From: an uncultured Candidatus Saccharibacteria bacterium
GTDB lineage: Bacteria; Patescibacteriota; Minisyncoccia; Minisyncoccales; JANBVM01
Reading direction: 5' to 3'
Assembly: GCA_964450805.1 (NCBI GenBank)
Contig: CAYVDD010000001.1
Location: 70,595 to 134,594, forward strand
DNA length: 64,000 nucleotides
Shown: piece by piece, positions 62,630 to 64,000 of the stretch
Layout: each line of letters opens with the position of its first letter
Numbering within the stretch: position 1 is the stretch's first letter
Program-made: the position numbers and the translations under genes
The notes under the pieces: generated by a model
What the model saw: the letters and a program-made list of their open reading frames with translations, nothing else
Database searches by the model: none
What the model was told of the DNA's origin: nothing

Positions 62630-62710
62630 AATTAAATCATTTTACTTTTTCTACTAATGATGGTCAAATTTACACTTTTTTAATTTATAATTTTCAATAT
62701 AATTAAAATA

Positions 62711-63358
62711 ATGAGATATCCAAACCTTTCTGAAGAAAAAAAATTGTGGAAAAAAGGGCTTAAAGTGATTGTTGGTTTAGATGAAGCAGGACGAGGATCA
62801 TTGTCTGGTCCAGTAGTTGCTGGTGCAGTAATTGTCCGGCCTAATAAGTATTTAACTGTTAAATCATTTAATGATTTAAAAATCCGTGATTCTAAAAAAC
62901 TCACACCAAAAAAAAGAGAAGAATTGTATGAAATTTTAGCAGTTCATCCAGAGATAGAGTGGGCAACAGGTAAAGCTTCAGAGAAAATTATTGATAGAAT
63001 CAATGTTTTAGAAGCAACGAAATTAGCAATGAAAAGAGCAGTTAGAAATCTTGAGAAGAAATTAGGGAAAAAACAGATTGGTTTTTTAATTTTAGACGGG
63101 AGAATAAAGCTTGATTTGGATATTCCTCAGAAATCAATTATTAAAGGTGATGATAAGGTTTTTTCATGCGCAGCAGCTTCTATTATTGCAAAAGTAAGAA
63201 GGGATAGACTAATGAGAAGACAGCATAAAAAATACCCTCAATATGGTTTTATTAACCATAAAGGCTATGGTACAAAAAAACACATAGCTGTATTAGCAGA
63301 ATTAGGACCTTGTAAGATTCACAGGAAAAGCTTTAAACCAGTAATAAAATATAGTTAA
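62711..63358 (+). CDS. rnhB: ribonuclease HII
   Basis: VGLDEAGRGSLSGPVVAGAV and DSKKLT motifs. Confidence 0.92.
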   Translation: MRYPNLSEEKKLWKKGLKVIVGLDEAGRGSLSGPVVAGAVIVRPNKYLTVKSFNDLKIRDSKKLTPKKREELYEILAVHPEIEWATGKASEKIIDRINVLEATKLAMKRAVRNLEKKLGKKQIGFLILDGRIKLDLDIPQKSIIKGDDKVFSCAAASIIAKVRRDRLMRRQHKKYPQYGFINHKGYGTKKHIAVLAELGPCKIHRKSFKPVIKYS

Positions 63359-63373
63359 ATTGATAATTTCTAC

Positions 63374-63402
63374 TTGCAATTTCCATAAATTTAGTTTAAA
63401 GT
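63374..63402 (+). promoter_or_regulatory. sigma70-type promoter for rpmF
   Basis: TTGCAA, 17 nt, TAAAGT. The leader contains the hairpin CTAACC-atgt-GGTTAG (63418-63433). Confidence 0.5.
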
Positions 63403-63448
63403 TACAAAATTAGCCATCTAACCATGTGGTTAGTGAGCCATTTTTATT

Positions 63449-63739
63449 ATGGCTGAACCAAAGAAAAGAGGAACAAAATCAAAGAGAGACAAGAGAAGAC
63501 TTCATATTTTTTTAAAAGAACCTAATTTAAGCAAATGTCCAAAATGCGGGGTTTTACGTTTATCTCATAGCGCTTGTTTGTCTTGTGGTTATTATAAGGG
63601 CAGGCAAGTTATTGATGTTTTTGCTAAATTAGATAAAAAAGAAAGAAAAAAAAGAGAAAAGGAAATTCAGTCTAAAGAAGAGGCTGAAAAAACTTCTGCC
63701 AAGAAATCATTGGATTGGAAGTCTTTATCTAGAAAATAA
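63449..63739 (+). CDS. rpmF: 50S ribosomal protein bL32 with K/E-rich C-terminal extension
   Basis: MAEPKKRGTKSKRDKRR...CPKCG...CLSCGYYKGRQV, followed by a KKERKKREKE tail. Confidence 0.9.
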   Translation: MAEPKKRGTKSKRDKRRLHIFLKEPNLSKCPKCGVLRLSHSACLSCGYYKGRQVIDVFAKLDKKERKKREKEIQSKEEAEKTSAKKSLDWKSLSRK

Positions 63740-63771
63740 TTATTAATAATTCAATCTTAACAATTTAATTT

Positions 63772-64000
63772 ATGGCTAGTCGTCATCTCTCACGTTCAAT
63801 AGCAATGCAGTCATTATATGAGTGGGATTTTTCCGATAAAGAATTAGATTTAAATGATATTGTTGAGAGAAACCTTGAGGAGTTTGGCCCTGGACTGGAA
63901 GATAAAGGTTTTGTCTGGGAGCTAGTGACAGGAGTGATTAAGCACCTCAAGAAAATTGATGCTATTATTAAAACAGCTGCCCCTCAATGGCCAATTAATC
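63772..64000 (+). CDS. nusB: transcription antitermination factor NusB (3' end cut by window edge)
   Basis: Hand translation from ATG 63772 gives MASRHLSRSIAMQSLYEWDF. The frame is open to the window end. Confidence 0.8.
   Translation, partial: MASRHLSRSIAMQSLYEWDFSDKELDLNDIVERNLEEFGPGLEDKGFVWELVTGVIKHLKKIDAIIKTAAPQWPIN

Noticed and set aside
1-64000. Prophage, IS element, transposase, integrase, toxin-antitoxin pair, restriction-modification system or other recognisable defence system.
   Set aside because: No translation in any listed ORF shows recombinase, transposase, capsid or terminase, methyltransferase or endonuclease, or known TA motifs. The accessory regions are described as unexplained rather than as mobile elements.

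Overview
AT-rich, very gene-dense bacterial chromosome fragment, mostly plus-strand. Gene content and order look like a Candidate Phyla Radiation (Parcubacteria-like) genome; this placement is inference. The standard genetic code applies, since TGA ends rplN, rplX and adk. The backbone is a ribosomal S10/spc/alpha cluster: rplB to rplO, secY, adk, map, then infA, rpmJ, rpsM, rpsK, rpsD, rpoA, rplQ, rplM, rpsI. There is no L30 gene between rpsE and rplO. A ~9.3 kb insertion splits map from infA; it carries GT2, a GalT-like gene, tpiA, a DUF458-like gene, alaS, and a ~3 kb repeat-bounded accessory segment. Further core genes are two mreB paralogs, holB, frr, rseP, proS, gatCAB (gatB is separate), three tRNAs (atypical initiator-like CAU, CAU, Asp-GUC), pheST, gyrB, secE-nusG-rplK (no rplA follows), dnaE, thrS, rnhB, rpmF and the start of nusB. 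The accessory content has four parts. (1) 14.7-17.8 kb holds two look-alike modules of small zinc-ribbon ORFs, a repeat family, and an orphan ZnuCB-like importer. (2) 34-38 kb, beside the tRNAs, holds an ABC-2 exporter, a PRTase-like gene and unknown ORFs. (3) 45.5-51.9 kb is a deoxypyrimidine salvage cluster with a two-domain ThyA-like protein, two Nudix genes, dCMP deaminase, NYN, tmk and deoC. (4) On the minus strand lie a MiaB-MiaA fusion and a secreted coiled-coil protein with a Kazal-like cysteine domain. The strongest novel candidate is a 15-codon threonine-rich leader ORF (MNFNNSTTTSTTTSF). It is followed by mutually exclusive antiterminator and terminator hairpins directly upstream of thrS, which is the layout of a ribosome-mediated attenuator on a tRNA synthetase gene. 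No CRISPR array, integrase, transposase or rRNA was found. All calls come from reading the translations and sequence by eye; no database search was run.
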